The notes beneath the pieces are model-generated. The model was given only the letters and a program-made list of their open reading frames with translations. It ran no database searches and had not been told where the DNA came from. This document shows, piece after piece, positions 48,975-62,400 of a stretch of DNA of 64,000 nucleotides. Numbering within the stretch: the stretch's first letter is position 1; every line of letters starts with the position of its first letter. This DNA is from Hemiscyllium ocellatum (Eukaryota). The position numbers and the translations under genes are program-made. The stretch spans positions 15,540,068 to 15,604,067 of the forward strand of contig NC_083446.1 in assembly GCF_020745735.1 (NCBI RefSeq). The letters run 5' to 3'.

Positions 48975-51900
48975 TGTTAAAGTATGAGTGACAAAGAACT
49001 ACCCAAATCCCACAATTTAAAAAAAACAATTTATTCTTTAACTCCATGACAATAGAATGTTGAAGAACAACTATCTACACTGCAAGCATCCTTTCTCTGA
49101 TCGAGTTATCTACTTCCCACTCTACAAAACTATACTGATCCAATAAAAACCCCAAACAAAATCAAGTTTCAAACCCACAACTCTTTTCATGAGTTTTTGG
49201 AATATGGCAGGTGCATTCTTCATTCCAAAGGGCATTACCTTGAATTGACATAGCCCATTTAGGGTTACAAATGCAGAAATTTCTTTCACTTTTTCTGATA
49301 AAGGTACCTGCCAGTAACCACGCAATAAGTTCAACTAGGTTATGTAAGTGACTTATCCAATGTTCTCGATGCAGTCCTCCAATCAAGGAATTGGATATGA
49401 GTCCAATTTTGTTCCGGCATTGATCTTTCGACAGTTTACACAAAATCATTGAGTACCGTCAGATTTGGGAACTCAGATGATTGGCGAACTCCACTCACTC
49501 TGACTCAGTTTGATAGCTTCATTGAGCATCACCTCGAATTCCTTCTGGACCTGTCTGACTTTGAAAGGATTAAGCCAACAGTGGTGTTGTTTTATCAGAA
49601 CAGCATTCCCTATGCCTACCTCATGCACAATAGTGTTAATCCTCCCCATCTTATTCCTGCACATGTCCTCATACTGCTGCAACAAACCTTTCAATGTTCT
49701 TTGCTCCTGAGACAGTTAGTTTACTAACCTATCCCACTCCTCAAGGACTGCCTCATTATTTAACATACTTTGAGGCACACCAAATTCCATAACATCTGGA
49801 TTTGATTCCTCACTCTGCTGACTGATAACTAACATCTGTTTTTCCAGTTCCTTCTCTCTATTATAATAAGGTTTCAACATATTTACATGACATACCTGAT
49901 ACAGATTTTTTTTCTATCTGGCATCTTTACTAGACAGTTCACGCGTCTCAACCTTTTCTCAATTTGATAGGGACCACTAAACATGGCTTTGAAGTGATCT
50001 CCTATCATGGATGACAATACTAGTACATCATTTCCATGGGAAAACGTCTGAATCTCAGAGCTTTTTTTATCTGCCACCTGTTTCATTCTAAGCTGTGCCC
50101 TCTATAGGGGCTGTTTACCTTACTCATCTACCCGATTTAATCTCTCCCTCACCTCCGATATATAATCTAAGTGTAAGATCTGTGACTTTGGTCCTAACCA
50201 TTTTTCTTTCATTAATTTCAAAGGGCCTCTCACTTCATGCCTGAATATTAACTCAAAGGGAGTAAACTGAGTAGATTTTTTAAGGCATCTCTAATGGCAA
50301 ACAATACAAATGAGCAACCTTTATCCAAATCGTTCACTGTCAACATAGAACATAGAAAAATACAGCGCAGTACAGGCCCTTTGGCCCTCGATGTTTCGCC
50401 GATCCAAGCCCACCTAACCTACACTAGCCCACTTTCCTCCATATGCCTATCCAATGCCCGTTTAAATGCCCATAAAGAGGAGAGTCCACCACTGTTACTG
50501 GTAGGGCATTCCATGAATTCACGACTCGCTGAGTAAAGAATCTACCCCTAACGTCTGTCCTATATCTACCACCCTTAATTTAAAGCTATGCCCCCTCGTA
50601 ATATCTGACTCCATACATGGAAAAAGGTTCTCATGGTCAACCCTATTTAAACCCCTAATTATCTTGTACACCTCTATCAAGTCACCCCTAAACCTTCTTT
50701 TCTCCAATGAAAACAGCCCCAAGTGCCTCAGCCTTTCCTCATATGATCTTCCTACCATACCAGGCAATATCCTGGTAAACCTCCTCTGCACCCCTTCCAG
50801 TGCCTCCACGTCCTTCCTATAGTATGGCGATCAAAACTGCACACAATACTCCAGATGCGGCCACACCAGAGTCTTATACAACATGGTCTTCAGAGTCTGA
50901 TGTCACCTTTCTATAGTTCCCTGGGATTCAGGATGATACACCGTTTATTTACAGTGCTGTATACCTAAGCTATCCATGATTTTCATAAAAAGCCTAACAA
51001 TAAAATTAGACACTTGGTCTGCCTGAATCTCTCTGGCAGCCCATACCATATGAAGAAAGTTACTAACTCCTCTACCACCCTTTTGACCTTGATAATCTAG
51101 AATGAAATTGCCTCTGGAAATCTGGTAGATACATCCATTATGGTTATCAAATACTAATTCCCACTTTTAGTTCTCAGGAGGGGACTTACACAACCAATTA
51201 TAACCTGTATGAAAGGTTCTTCGAATGCGAGAATTGGCAACAAAGGGGCTGGTTTTATTCCTGTCTGTGGCTACACTTGGAATGTATGACACTTCTGGCA
51301 AAGGTTAACCACATTGTTGTGCATTCCAGGCCAATAGAAATGTTTTTGTACCTTAGTCTGAGCCTTTCATACCCCAAAGTGAACTCCTACAGGTAGTTCA
51401 TGTGCTACCCGTAACACCTCCTGCCTGTATGTGATCAGCATCGCAGTCTGGTGGACTTTAGCCCATTTCTCCTCTGCACTAACCTGCCGTGGTCTCCATT
51501 TCTGTTTTATGATTCTATCTTTCAGATAATAACACTCATGAATATTCTTTGCCTCCTTTTCGGAGTACACATCAACATATATATCTTTTATTGTCTCATC
51601 TTTCTGTTGCAAGACCATTAGCCTTTCAGGACTAAACACTTCTGCCTGACCCTCCTCCTGTTCAGGGTTTTCCTGTACCATTACATCAAACGGGGTATCT
51701 GCTAACAGAACCTCAACTCCATAATGTTTCTCTTTAGTTTTTGCCGTGTGCTGTGAATTATGATCATGGGCTCTTGTAACTACACAGTCTGAGAAAATAC
51801 CAGGATAATTTCCTTTCAACTCCTTGGTTCCCTGGTCTTCCTTCGGCTTCTCTGCAACAAGGGGTGTCACTCCCACCTCAGACCCTGCTAAATTGCTCCC

Positions 51901-52200
51901 AAGGAAAAACTGGTTTCCTGGAACTGACACTCTGTCAATACTTCCACTGTTACTTCCTGAGTCCTGATGTGGCACTCCATTCTGATCTTACATAGAGGAT
52001 CGCTAAATTTCTGTCCATTTATTCCACAAATTACCACTCTCTCGGATAATAGGTCAGAAAGAGTGCAAAATTATTCATCTCTTAGCATCTCTCAAAATTA
52101 TAACTTCTTGTCCTTTCTTTCTTGTCCTGTCTTCTCCATTCTTTCTCAGTGAATTTTACCCACAGAGGCGAATTCTTTATGGAGATCAGGCACTATCACA
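48975..52200 (-). mobile_element. Gmr1-type Gypsy LTR retrotransposon fragment with order PR-IN-RT, plus an LTR-like end at 48975-49165
   Basis: Along the minus strand: protease (VIILRD, FFLGSNLAG); IN zinc domain (VLRVAHELPVGVHFGV..FYWPGM); core (YHPESQGTIER*HQTLK); FSGPY; then RT (WSSPII, GYWQVPL, MPFGMKNAPAIFQ). Confidence 0.85.
50343..50883 (-). mobile_element. CR1 LINE 3' fragment inserted in the Gypsy integrase
   Basis: ALEGVQRRFTRILPG; aacatagaacatag tail; caacat on both sides (50341-50346, 50879-50884). Confidence 0.9.
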
Positions 52201-53990
52201 AAGACAATGACAGTTAGAAGGCCTGATTCATACGCAATTCCATGTCTGGAAGACTGTATTGGGAAGTTGGGACAAACAACATATATATCTAAGTTGGATT
52301 TGCTCAGAGAATACTGGCAGATACCTTTATCCAAAAGAGCAAAGACAATTTTGGCTTTCATAACACGGATTGGACTGTACCAATTTAAAATCATGGTATC
52401 TGGTATGAAAAATGCACCAATCACATTTCAAAGACTAACCAATAAAACCATTTCTAGATTACCCAGTTGTGTGGTACACATTGATGACCTCATGATTTTT
52501 TAGTCATACATGGAAAGAGCATTTGCAGCATTTATTGGAATTATTTGATAGAATTTGGGAGGCAGGCTTGGTGATCAGCCTGGCTAAGAGTGAATTTGCT
52601 AAAGCCCAAGTCATGTTCCTGGGCTATGATATCATACAGAATGTAAAAATAAAGGTTATTGGGGTGTGTCCCATACCATCAATGAAGAGAGCAGCACTAC
52701 GATTCCTGGAATTGAGCGGGTTTTACTGGAAGGTCATACCGAATTTTGGCAGTGTGGCTACTCCACTCACTGACTTATTGAAGAAGAGCAGAAAATTTCA
52801 GTGGACAGAGGAATGTTAGAGGGTATCCAGTAGTTTAAAATCTATGTTAACCACTGCCCCAGTATTAGCCACACCTAATTACGCAAAGTTATTCAAGGTG
52901 GCTATCGATGCAAGTGATGTGGGTATTGGTGCTGTGCTCTTACAAGAAGAAGATGAGAAGATAGAAAGAAGACAGGGTAATTCTCCAGAAAATTGACTAT
53001 TCATCAACAGAAATATTTGAGAATTGAGAAAGTGACCTTGAGATTGGCGTTACAACATTTCAATATCGATACTGCCAGTAAAGCGTCTGAGACAATCGTA
53101 TATACTGATCGTAACCCATTAAAGTTTTGGGAGAAATTTAATGACAATAATTTCAGACTGTTTAGATGGAGCTTATTACAGCCATTCAATTTGAAAATTG
53201 TACATGTGGCAGGAAAATAAAATAAAATTGCCAATGTGTTGTCATGACCCAGATGAAGTCATTTGGAGGTGCGTGTATGTTGTAGTGTACTAATACAGTA
53301 AGACTAAGGGGTTTTAAATGAAGCCATTTTTGTATATTGATGTTTTTTAAGGAGAGGGTGTAATGCGACAATGCTGCCAGTTTCAAAAGGTTATTTTGTT
53401 CTGGGTTTTTTTGAAAAAGGTTGTGAAAGTAGTGATGTTGAAATGGGTATGAGAGATTGCCTAAGTCAACAATTAGGGGAGGCTTTTTGGTTTTTTAATT
53501 TAAAAAGACAATTGTACAATGGAATGGGAGTGGCCAGTTCTGGCTATGTTTTTAGCTGTAGCAGTCACAAAATGTTTGAGTCCAGAAAGGTTGCAAGCTT
53601 CAGTAGATGATTCTTGACTGACTTTCTCTGAAATCTCTCTTTGGGTTTTTTTCCCCTCCTGCCTGGAAGAACCTGTGTTTGAATCCACCTTTTCCCCCAA
53701 GGGGTGTGCTTATGGGATGTTACTGTGTTGAAACAGTTAATCCATAAGGTTACTGTGTCAAGTATTGGTTAAGTTTTCCAATAGTTAAGTTATTCGAAAA
53801 TCCACTTTCTTTTGTTTGTGTTTTAACTACGGTGTTTAGATAAATTTTGTTTTGCTTAAAAGCCGAATGGTTAGATGAGCTGCATCAGACCTGTAAGACT
53901 CACTTCACACCTGCCTTTAAAAGATGAAAAAGTTAGGGTCTCGGCTACCTTCTTGAAATATTTTGTGGGGGTCTGGCGTGGTCCATAACA
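52200..53990 (+). mobile_element. Second Gmr1-type Gypsy fragment: RT, RNase H, PPT and 3' LTR (53359-53990)
   Basis: DSYAIPCLEDCI, KLDLLREYWQIPL, HIDD; [29 protein letters not shown]; no integrase before the PPT aaggagaggg (53349-53358); LTR TGTAATG...CATAACA. Confidence 0.87.
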
Positions 53991-54165
53991 ACGTGGATAA
54001 CAGACCTTTCAAATATTCTGAATGTAGAAGACATTTAAAAGGACAAGCAGTCTGCTGAAACACCAGCAAAGTCACACTTGGGAGAGGATATTCATTTGCT
54101 TCAAGAATAGGAAGAAACTCATTCAGTCATACCACTTACAGACACACCAGTGAGTTCACTCGGAG
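53991..54165 (+). pseudogene. 3' remnant of a C2H2 ZNF unit (U9) abutting the LTR
   Basis: cagacctttcaaat...ctgctgaaacaccagcaaagtcacacttgggagagg...cacaccagtgagttcac. Confidence 0.7.
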
Positions 54166-56777
54166 ATTGTGTTGTGGATTGTGTTGTTGTTGCTTTACAA
54201 CTGAGTTCATTCTGACAGTTCTAGTTTTATTTATGTTGCTGTTGTTAAAACCATAACTGGACTGGAATTTAATTACTCCACCAGATCAAAATATATAATG
54301 TAATTTGAAACAATGTGTCAGGTCCTTGATTTCTCCGGGATACAATGAAACTAAATGATGACTCCGGATTTTTTATGTTCTCATACTTCAGTTACTCCTA
54401 TGGAAAAGTCCCAGTTCCCATACCTTCCACAACGTATCTCTTCATCTTGTTATCCAGCAAATGTTTTGGTAGTGCTCCTGGGAATCACTGAAAGCCAAAC
54501 CCAATCTTTCTGACACTTTTAGTGATCAGACATTACGTGTGGCCCTTAGTAGACATCAAATAAACCAGTTTTGTGTTTAACACATGGAGTAGAATCTTCC
54601 CAGCCCCTGCACAGTGTAGGCAATAATGGGTTAGTTGGGAAAATATGGTGAGATTACAAAAATGAGGTTCTCAAGTCAAGGAATGAAAAGTCAAATTTTC
54701 TAACCATGGTTTTAACAGAGAGACAAGAATCTTGGTGGTAAGTAGTGAGAGGTTTTATTTGCATGCAATTACATCTCATTATTATCTATTCTCTGTTGAT
54801 TTATTTGCAGTTTGATATTCTTCCATGTGGCAGAGAGAAACGTAGTGCTGACAATTTCCAACATACAAGTCTGAGCAGGTACTCAGTCATTCTCTCTTGA
54901 TCCTCCAGGTCTCCTTCTCAGCAGCATTCCCCAACATTTCAGGACATTCTCCATGGGCAGTGAATTCCTGCATCTTTCATCTTATGAGGTCGACGTTGGA
55001 AATGCACCAGCCTCCCATCACCTCATGGCACATCCCTGATTCACTTAGAGTACAGTTCGCCACTTCACTTTGGAGCAGATCAAAACAGCTTAGTGGGAAT
55101 AGGTGGAAGCTCAGAACCGATAGGCTGGACAGAGATTGCAAGCAATAAAAATAAATGAAGGTTTGGGGGATCACTGAGATTAAAGGGTTGAACTGTGACT
55201 CAAACTACAACTGAGAAACAGCTTCTACCACACCTTGAGTGCGCAGGGTAAGTGGGTTTTCCTGTCTGAGGACACAAGTTTCATCGGTCAGCAATGCGAG
55301 ACCATTCTAGAGTCAAATTGCACTTAGAGAGCAAGTTGAAGATATCTGTAATCACAGGTTTCTGCATGTGAAACCCATGCAGTGATCAACAGAGCGATTC
55401 AAATCCTGGCCACGTACAATCTTAACCATGTCATTGATCGTTCTATGTTAATCAGTCATCTCTGTGAAGCAGAAGTAATCTCAGGTCACCTTAAAATTGT
55501 CAGCTGCAGAGATCAGAGATTTCTGTGAGCTAATGAAACCAAAGGTTATTGGGAGTATATTGGAACAGCCACATTCTCATTGAATATCAGTACAGGCTCA
55601 AGAGGCTGAATGGCCTACTTGTCCTAATTTATGTGTTTGTAGATCAGCAGTGTGTAACTTGCCTCCTGCTCTCCAGTAGCAGCAGTAATACCAGATACAG
55701 CACAGCAACTGACCAGGGCTCCTTAAACACACATTTCAAAACCATGACTCGATCACCTAGAAAGACAAGGAAACAGATGTTTAGGAATCCCAGTGTCCAC
55801 AATTTTCCCTCCAAGCCACACAATTCAGACTTAGAAATGCATTGTTGTTCCTTCACTGTCACGGGCCAAATTTGCAAGGCTCACTCTTTGATGATCTGTC
55901 TCTGATTGGAGACTAATTAACATTTTCAGGATGTCTTCTTCAATTAAATGTTAGGCTCAAAATTCACCTTATTAGCTTACTTCAGTCAAAATAAAATGAA
56001 ACTAGTCAGAGGATGGTCAAGTTCTACTGAAATTCATTATCTAGGCCAACTTAGTGGTGTTTGAAGATATTTTATTATCTCCCCTGCAGGGTCCCACTAG
56101 CTCAGGCAATGGCGAGGCTATCAAATGCATTTAAAAGTTCATAGACAAGGATACAAACATTTCCATGAGATGTTTCCTGTTACAGGCTTCCCCTGCTACT
56201 TGAAAGTACATATGGTGTAAAGCATTAATTTATATTGAAATATTATTTTTGTACAAGCGAAAATCCTCTTCAGATTTCTTTCAGTTAGTAAAAACAGGTA
56301 CTAATGTTGGTCCTTCATAAAAGTGAAGTGGTGTAAAGTGAACTTTTGAAAAGCAGGGGATACCTGTATCAGTCTTACCTACATTTTCCTTTCACTGGAA
56401 TGTTCATCAGTAACAGGGGGCACTTAAACCCCCTCAACCATTCAATTCCATCAGAACGGACACATTTTCCAGATCCCTTGAAACTCTTAACAAAAATCTA
56501 ACATTGCAATTTTAAAATGTTTAAGTAGTTTTCACTATCCCTGATCGTTGGGGTCGTAGATTTCACTTTTCTAATTCTCCATCTTGCTCTGATGCTGCCA
56601 TTTCTGTCCTCAGCTGATTACACTCTTTCAGTGATGCTAAACATAAGCTTCAAGAATACAGCCCTCTGGATTTGCTATTGAGACCAACACATACAGACTG
56701 GGAACTCTGCATCCTACTTTGTTTTCATACCTTTTCTTGTTTCAATTTGTTTCTTTTGTTAGCTGTGCACCTGCTCC

Positions 56778-57093
56778 AGATTAGATTAGATTAGATTACT
56801 TACAGTGTGGAAACAGGCCCTTCGGCCCAACAAGTCCACACCGACCCGCCGAAGCGCAACCCACCCATACATTTACCCCTTTTACCTAACACTACGGGCA
56901 ATTTAGCATGGCCAATTCACCTGACCTGCACATCTTTGGACTGTGGGAGGAAACCGGAGCACCCGGAGGAAACCCACTCAGACACGGGGAGAATGTGCAC
57001 TCCACACAGTCAGTCGCCTGAGTCGGGAATTGAACCCGGGTCTCTGGCGCTGTCAGGCAGCAGTGCTAACCACTGTGCCACCGTGCTGCCCAC
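56778..57093 (-). mobile_element. HE1-type SINE, young and full length, (agatt)n tail
   Basis: agattagattagattagattacttacagtgtggaaacagg...ctaaccactgtgccaccgtgctgcccac. Confidence 0.93.
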
Positions 57094-57247
57094 AATCTTT
57101 CGTTTCTTCGTTTCTTTTCCAGTCCCAACTCTGGTCAGCATAGATAAGTTGGACCAAAGGATCTGTTTCAGTGCTGTACATCTCTATGACTCTACAACTC
57201 ATTTAACTTAATTTCCCATGGCTTTGAAGGACTAATTAATGTTATGT

Positions 57248-57319
57248 TCTCTGCTGGTCCAGTGGTTAGGCTTTGGAGCTCTCACTGTGATGACCTGAGC
57301 TTGACTCTGACTTAGAAAA
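57248..57319 (+). pseudogene. tRNA-Glu(CTC) pseudogene
   Basis: 72-nt ungapped match, about 48/72 by hand count, to the vertebrate tRNA-Glu-CTC sequence as I recall it; keeps the D-arm agtggttagg and anticodon loop ctctcac; T-arm, B box and acceptor stem are decayed. Confidence 0.65.
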
Positions 57320-57529
57320 GGGGAATTTGTTGTTCTTGTAGAACTGTTAACTGACCAGGACTTTTTTCACAGTAACAACAGGGAAAATAGAGCAGCTCTG
57401 CCTGAATCATTGTGGGTTTTACATCAGATATGAAAGCATCACGCTGGGCCAGGAACAAATCAAATGTTCATCTGCTCCTGAGTATTTAGCCACTCCAAAA
57501 TACTGGCTGCAGGATGACATAAACCCTGC

Positions 57530-57850
57530 TTTTTATTGAAACACGCAAGATTGTTAGAGAGCGTGACAGCCTGGAGGTGCAAAGGTTGTTTGTGGGACAG
57601 TCTTAGACCAGAGGGGAGAATCTCAGAACAAGAATCTCACATAAAAACAGAGATGAGGAGTTTCTTCTTTCTGAGGTTTCTGAATCTGTGGAATTCTTCA
57701 TCGCAGAGAACTGTTGAGACTGGCACATTAAAGTATATAAAAGGATATGACAGACATATTTTTGATCAGTAAAGGATTCAAGGGTTATGGGAAAAGGCAG
57801 GAAAGTGGAGTTGAGAATTATTAGATCCCCAAGAATCGAATTGAAGAGAC
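57530..57850 (+). mobile_element. Old CR1 LINE 3' fragment
   Basis: KTEMRSFFFLRFLNLWNS; agggttatgggaaaaggcaggaaagtggagttgag. Confidence 0.7.
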
Positions 57851-58854
57851 CATGACTCAAAGCTTGAAAGTATATTTCACTGGAGAGGGTCATAAAATAA
57901 CAGAGTGATTAAATAAAATGATGGAACATTCCAGAAGAGGTAGAGTTGATACTGAAGCAGTTTCCTGAGGACAAATATGCCTTGCCTACCGATGAAATTC
58001 ATCACTTCTCAAAGTGAGGACCATTGAAGGAAAGCAGTGATGTCCGTTAACACCACAACATGTAGATGTTGGCTATGGGAAGAGCCTGCGGTGCAATAAG
58101 TAACAGATCTGACTACGCATCTGAAATGTGCAGCTTCAGATGCTGGCTCGAGGGCCATTCACAGCTTTTGTTTTAGCAGTAATTCTCAAAGAGAACAGAG
58201 TCCTGAAACAGAACTTGGGTTTTGGAAACTGAAAGTTGCACATGAGCAGCTTGTAGGACGACTTCACCTTTCCCTTGGAACATTGTCTCTGATGTTCTCG
58301 GTAACATTCACTAATCTGAGATATTGAAAGGATTCTCATTCCTGCACACCAGGGATTCAAACATCATCTCTGCCTGGCGATAATGAGAAAACTTACATGA
58401 GAACTATACTGGAGTCTCTTAATGGTAATATAAGAAGTGTTTGTTAAGTACAGAACTTGGTTGATTCAACAGACAGTGAAATCAGGGATTCTGTGTGCTC
58501 TGATTAGATCTGAGTTCATACAAACAGCCTATATTGGTTGATCTTTTGGCAGTTTTCTGTCAACTGTTCAATTTTTTTCTGGTTTAAAACTCAAAACATC
58601 AGAGCGCTTCATTGGTTTTAATATTGTCATAATACTAAGTTCAAACTTGATTGGAGTTTGGTACCTTAGAACATAATTTAAACTGATTGGCTGAATTTGA
58701 ATTGGTTTTTATCTTATAGCAACACAGATAATGCTGGCTGTTTGACCAAGTGTTACATTTTATATTTTCCAGTACTCTGTGTGCTTCTCTAAGTCCTTGC
58801 TAGCTTCTCAACTCTCTTAAAAGGTACAGCAGCTCTTACATCTTCATAATACCA

Positions 58855-59210
58855 GTCCTTCTGTCCAACCTGTCCATGCCAACCAGATATCCTAACCTAA
58901 TCTCATCTCATTTGACAGCACTTGGCTCATATCCCTCTAAACCCTTCGTATTCATATACCCCATCCAGATGCCTTTTAAATGTTGTAATTGTAACGGACC
59001 CCACTACTTCTTCTGACAGCTCATTCCATACACGCACCACCATCTACATGAAAAAGTTGGCACTTAGGTCTCTTTTGTATCTTTCCCCTCTCACCTTAAC
59101 ACTATGTTCTCTAGTTCTGGACTCCCCCATCCCAGGGAAAAGACCTTGTCTATTTACCCTATCCATGCCCTTCATGATTTTATAAACCTCTATAAGGTTA
59201 TCCCTCGGCC
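58855..59210 (-). mobile_element. CR1/HER1 LINE 3' fragment
   Basis: Same 3' sequence as 14199-14580 (gccttttaaatgttgtaattgta...ctagttctggactcccc). Confidence 0.85.
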
Positions 59211-59455
59211 AATGACCCTACTATACCTCTGCAATCAACACAGTTTCTCAATTGCTTTATCAGGTTCTGCCTTTATACAATCATACTTACCTGTGTTTAG
59301 ATTAAAATGCTATACTTAGAAACATTAGAAAATCCCCAAATCTGCCTCATGTACAGTCACACACTTATATCACTGACCGTGGACCAAATAAGAATAGCAT
59401 ACCCGAGGAGCTGTGTCACTTGGAACAAACTGTCCATGTAGTTTTCTCCCTGATG

Positions 59456-62400
59456 TAGAACATAGAAAAGTTTGGCACAGAACAGGCCCTTCAGCCCACG
59501 ATGTTGTGCTGAGGATTATTCCTAATCTAAAATAAAGTAACCTAATCTACGTACCCCGCAAGTCACTGCTGTCCATGTGCATGTCCAGCAGTCGCTTAAA
59601 TGTCCGGAATGAGTCTGCTTCCACCACCATCACTGGCAACGCATTCCATGCATTCACAACTCTCTGCGTAAAAAAACGTCCTTTGATGTCTCCTCTATAC
59701 CTTCCTCCTAACATCTTAAAAATTATGATCCCAAGTCAATCCTGCCTTGGGGAAAAGTCTCTGGCTATTGACTCTATCCATGCCTCTCGTTACCTTGTAT
59801 ACCTCAGTCAGGTCACCTCTCTTCCTCCTTCTCTTCAGCGAGAAAAGTCCGAGCTTAGTCAACTTCTCTGTGTAAGACAAGCCCTCCAGTCTAGGCACCA
59901 TCCTAGTAAACCTTCTTTTCACCCTCTCCAAAGCCTCTGTATCTTTCCTAATTGGGTGACCAGAGCTGGACACAATATTCCAAGTGTGGCCTTACCAGGG
60001 TCTTATAGAGCTTCAGCAAATCCTCATGGCTCTTAAATTCAATCCCCTTGTTAAAGAAAGCCAAAACTCCATATGTTTTCTTAATAACTTGATCCACTTG
60101 GGTTGCAACTTTGAGGGATCTATGCACTTGAACACCATGATCCCTCTGTTCCTCCACACTACCAAGAATCCTGGCTTTAACCCTATATTCAGCATTCATG
60201 TTTGACCTTCCAAAATACATCACTTCACATTTATCCAGGTTGAACTACGTCTGCCATTTCTCAGACCAGTTCTGCATCCTGTATATGTTGCACTGCAGTC
60301 TGCAATACCCCTCGATACTGTCAATGGCATCTTCAACCTTTGCTAATTTACTAACCCACCCCACAACCTCTTCATCCAAGTCATTTATAAAAAAACTACA
60401 AAGAGCAGAGGCCCAAGAACAGAGCCTGCGGGACACCACTCACCACTGACCTCCAGGCAGAATACTTTTCATCTACAAACAGTCTCTGCTTTACATCAGC
60501 CAATGAATTCTGAATCCAGATAGCCAAATCTCCCAGTATCCCATACCTCCTGACTTTATGAATGAGCCTACCATGGGGAATCTTATCAAATGCCTTGCTG
60601 AAGTCCATATGCACCACATCCACTGCTCGACCATTGTTGACCTGTCTCGTCACCTCCTCAAATAACTCAATATGATTTGTGAGGCATGACCTGCCGCTCA
60701 CAAAGCTATGCTGACTGCCTTTAATCACACTATGCTTTTCCAAATAGTCATAAATCCTAACCTTCAGAATTTTTTCCAAAGCCTTGCTGACCACAGACGA
60801 AAGACCGACTGGTCTGTAATTGCCAGAGATTTTCCTATTCCCCATCTTGAAAAGAGGAACAACATTCACCTCCCTCCAATCCTCTGGTACGACTCCCGTG
60901 GAGAGTGAGGAAGCAAAGATCTTCGTCAGTGGCTTAGCAACCTCCTTTCTCGCTTTCCGGAGCAACCTAGGATGAATCTGGTCTAGCCCTGGGGACTTAT
61001 CAATCTTATTGTTTGTCAAAGTTTCCAGCACATCCACTTCATCAATCTTGATCTGTTCAAGCCTGTTTCCCAGCTCCTCAAAGTTCTCATTCACAAGGTC
61101 CCTTTTCTTAGTGAAAACCAAAGCAAAGAAAACTCAGTTAGGAGTTCCCTATCTGCTCAGACTACATTCACAAGTTCCCTGCGCTATCCCTGATCGGCCC
61201 TACCTTCTCCCTGATCTTCCCTTATTCCTCATATATGAGTAAAATGCCTTTGGGTTCTCCGTAATCCTTCCTGCTAAGCCTTTCTCGTGCCCCTTCCTGG
61301 CTCTCCTCAGTCCATTTCTGAGCTCCTTTCTAGTAAGCCTGTAATCCTCTAAAGCTGTGCTTGATCCTTGCTTCCTCCACCTTACGTAATCTGCCTTCTT
61401 CCTTTTGAAGAGAAGCTTCTCTGTCCTCATCATCTAAGGCTCCTTAACCTTACCCCTTCTTGCCTGTCTCCAAGGAACAAATTTGTGCATCACTTGCAAT
61501 AACTGCTGCTTAAAAAGTCTCCACGTCTGTTGTGCCCTTTCCATTGAACAATTGCTCCCAATCTATACTTCCCACCTCCTGTCGGATGGTGTCATAATTT
61601 TCTTTTCCCCAATTAAATATCTTCCCTTGCTAATTGCTCATTTCCCTCTCCAAGGCTATGGTAAATATAAGGCAGTTGTGGTCACTGTCACCAAAGTGTT
61701 CTCCCACTGTGTGGTCTGACACCTGTCCTGGCTCATTGCCGAGCACCAAATCCAAAATAGCCTCTCCCCTTGTCGGCTTGTCTACATACTGAGTAAGGAA
61801 ACCCTTCTGAACACACCTGACAAAAACAGCTCCATCCAAACCATTTGCGCTAAGGATGTTCCAGTCAATATTGGGAAAGTTGAAGTCACCCATAACAACA
61901 ACCCTGCTGCATCTGCATTTTTCCAAAATCTGACAGGTATGAGTTCTTCAATCTCCCTACTGCTATTAGGGGGCCTGTAGAAAACCCTTGCAGTTCCTAA
62001 CTTCCACCCATACTGACTCAGTAGACAAACCTTCCACAACAACTTTCGTTTCTGGGCTGTGATGCCCTCTCTGATTAGCAATGCTACATCCACTCCTCTT
62101 TGTTCACCCCTCCTGTTCTTTCTAAACGTTCGAAACCCTGGAACATCTAGCAACCATTCCTACCCCTGTGAAACCCAGGAACATCTAGCAACCATTCCTA
62201 TCCCTGTGAAACCCACAACATCACACCCCCAAGTACTGATCCATGCTCTAAGCTCATCACGTTTTTCTGACACTCTTTGCGTTGAAGCAGACACACTTTA
62301 TCCGATCACTTTGTTCCATCACATGAATAATCTTCCCGATAGACTCACTACATCCTGTCACTTCTCCATATCTAACTACCCTCCTCTCAGATACGTAGCT

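Noticed and set aside
57900-58390. Exon-like stretch of balanced composition (WNIPEEVELILKQFPEDKY...)
   Set aside because: The frames I translated are short or broken by stops and I recognise no family; a translated database search would be needed.
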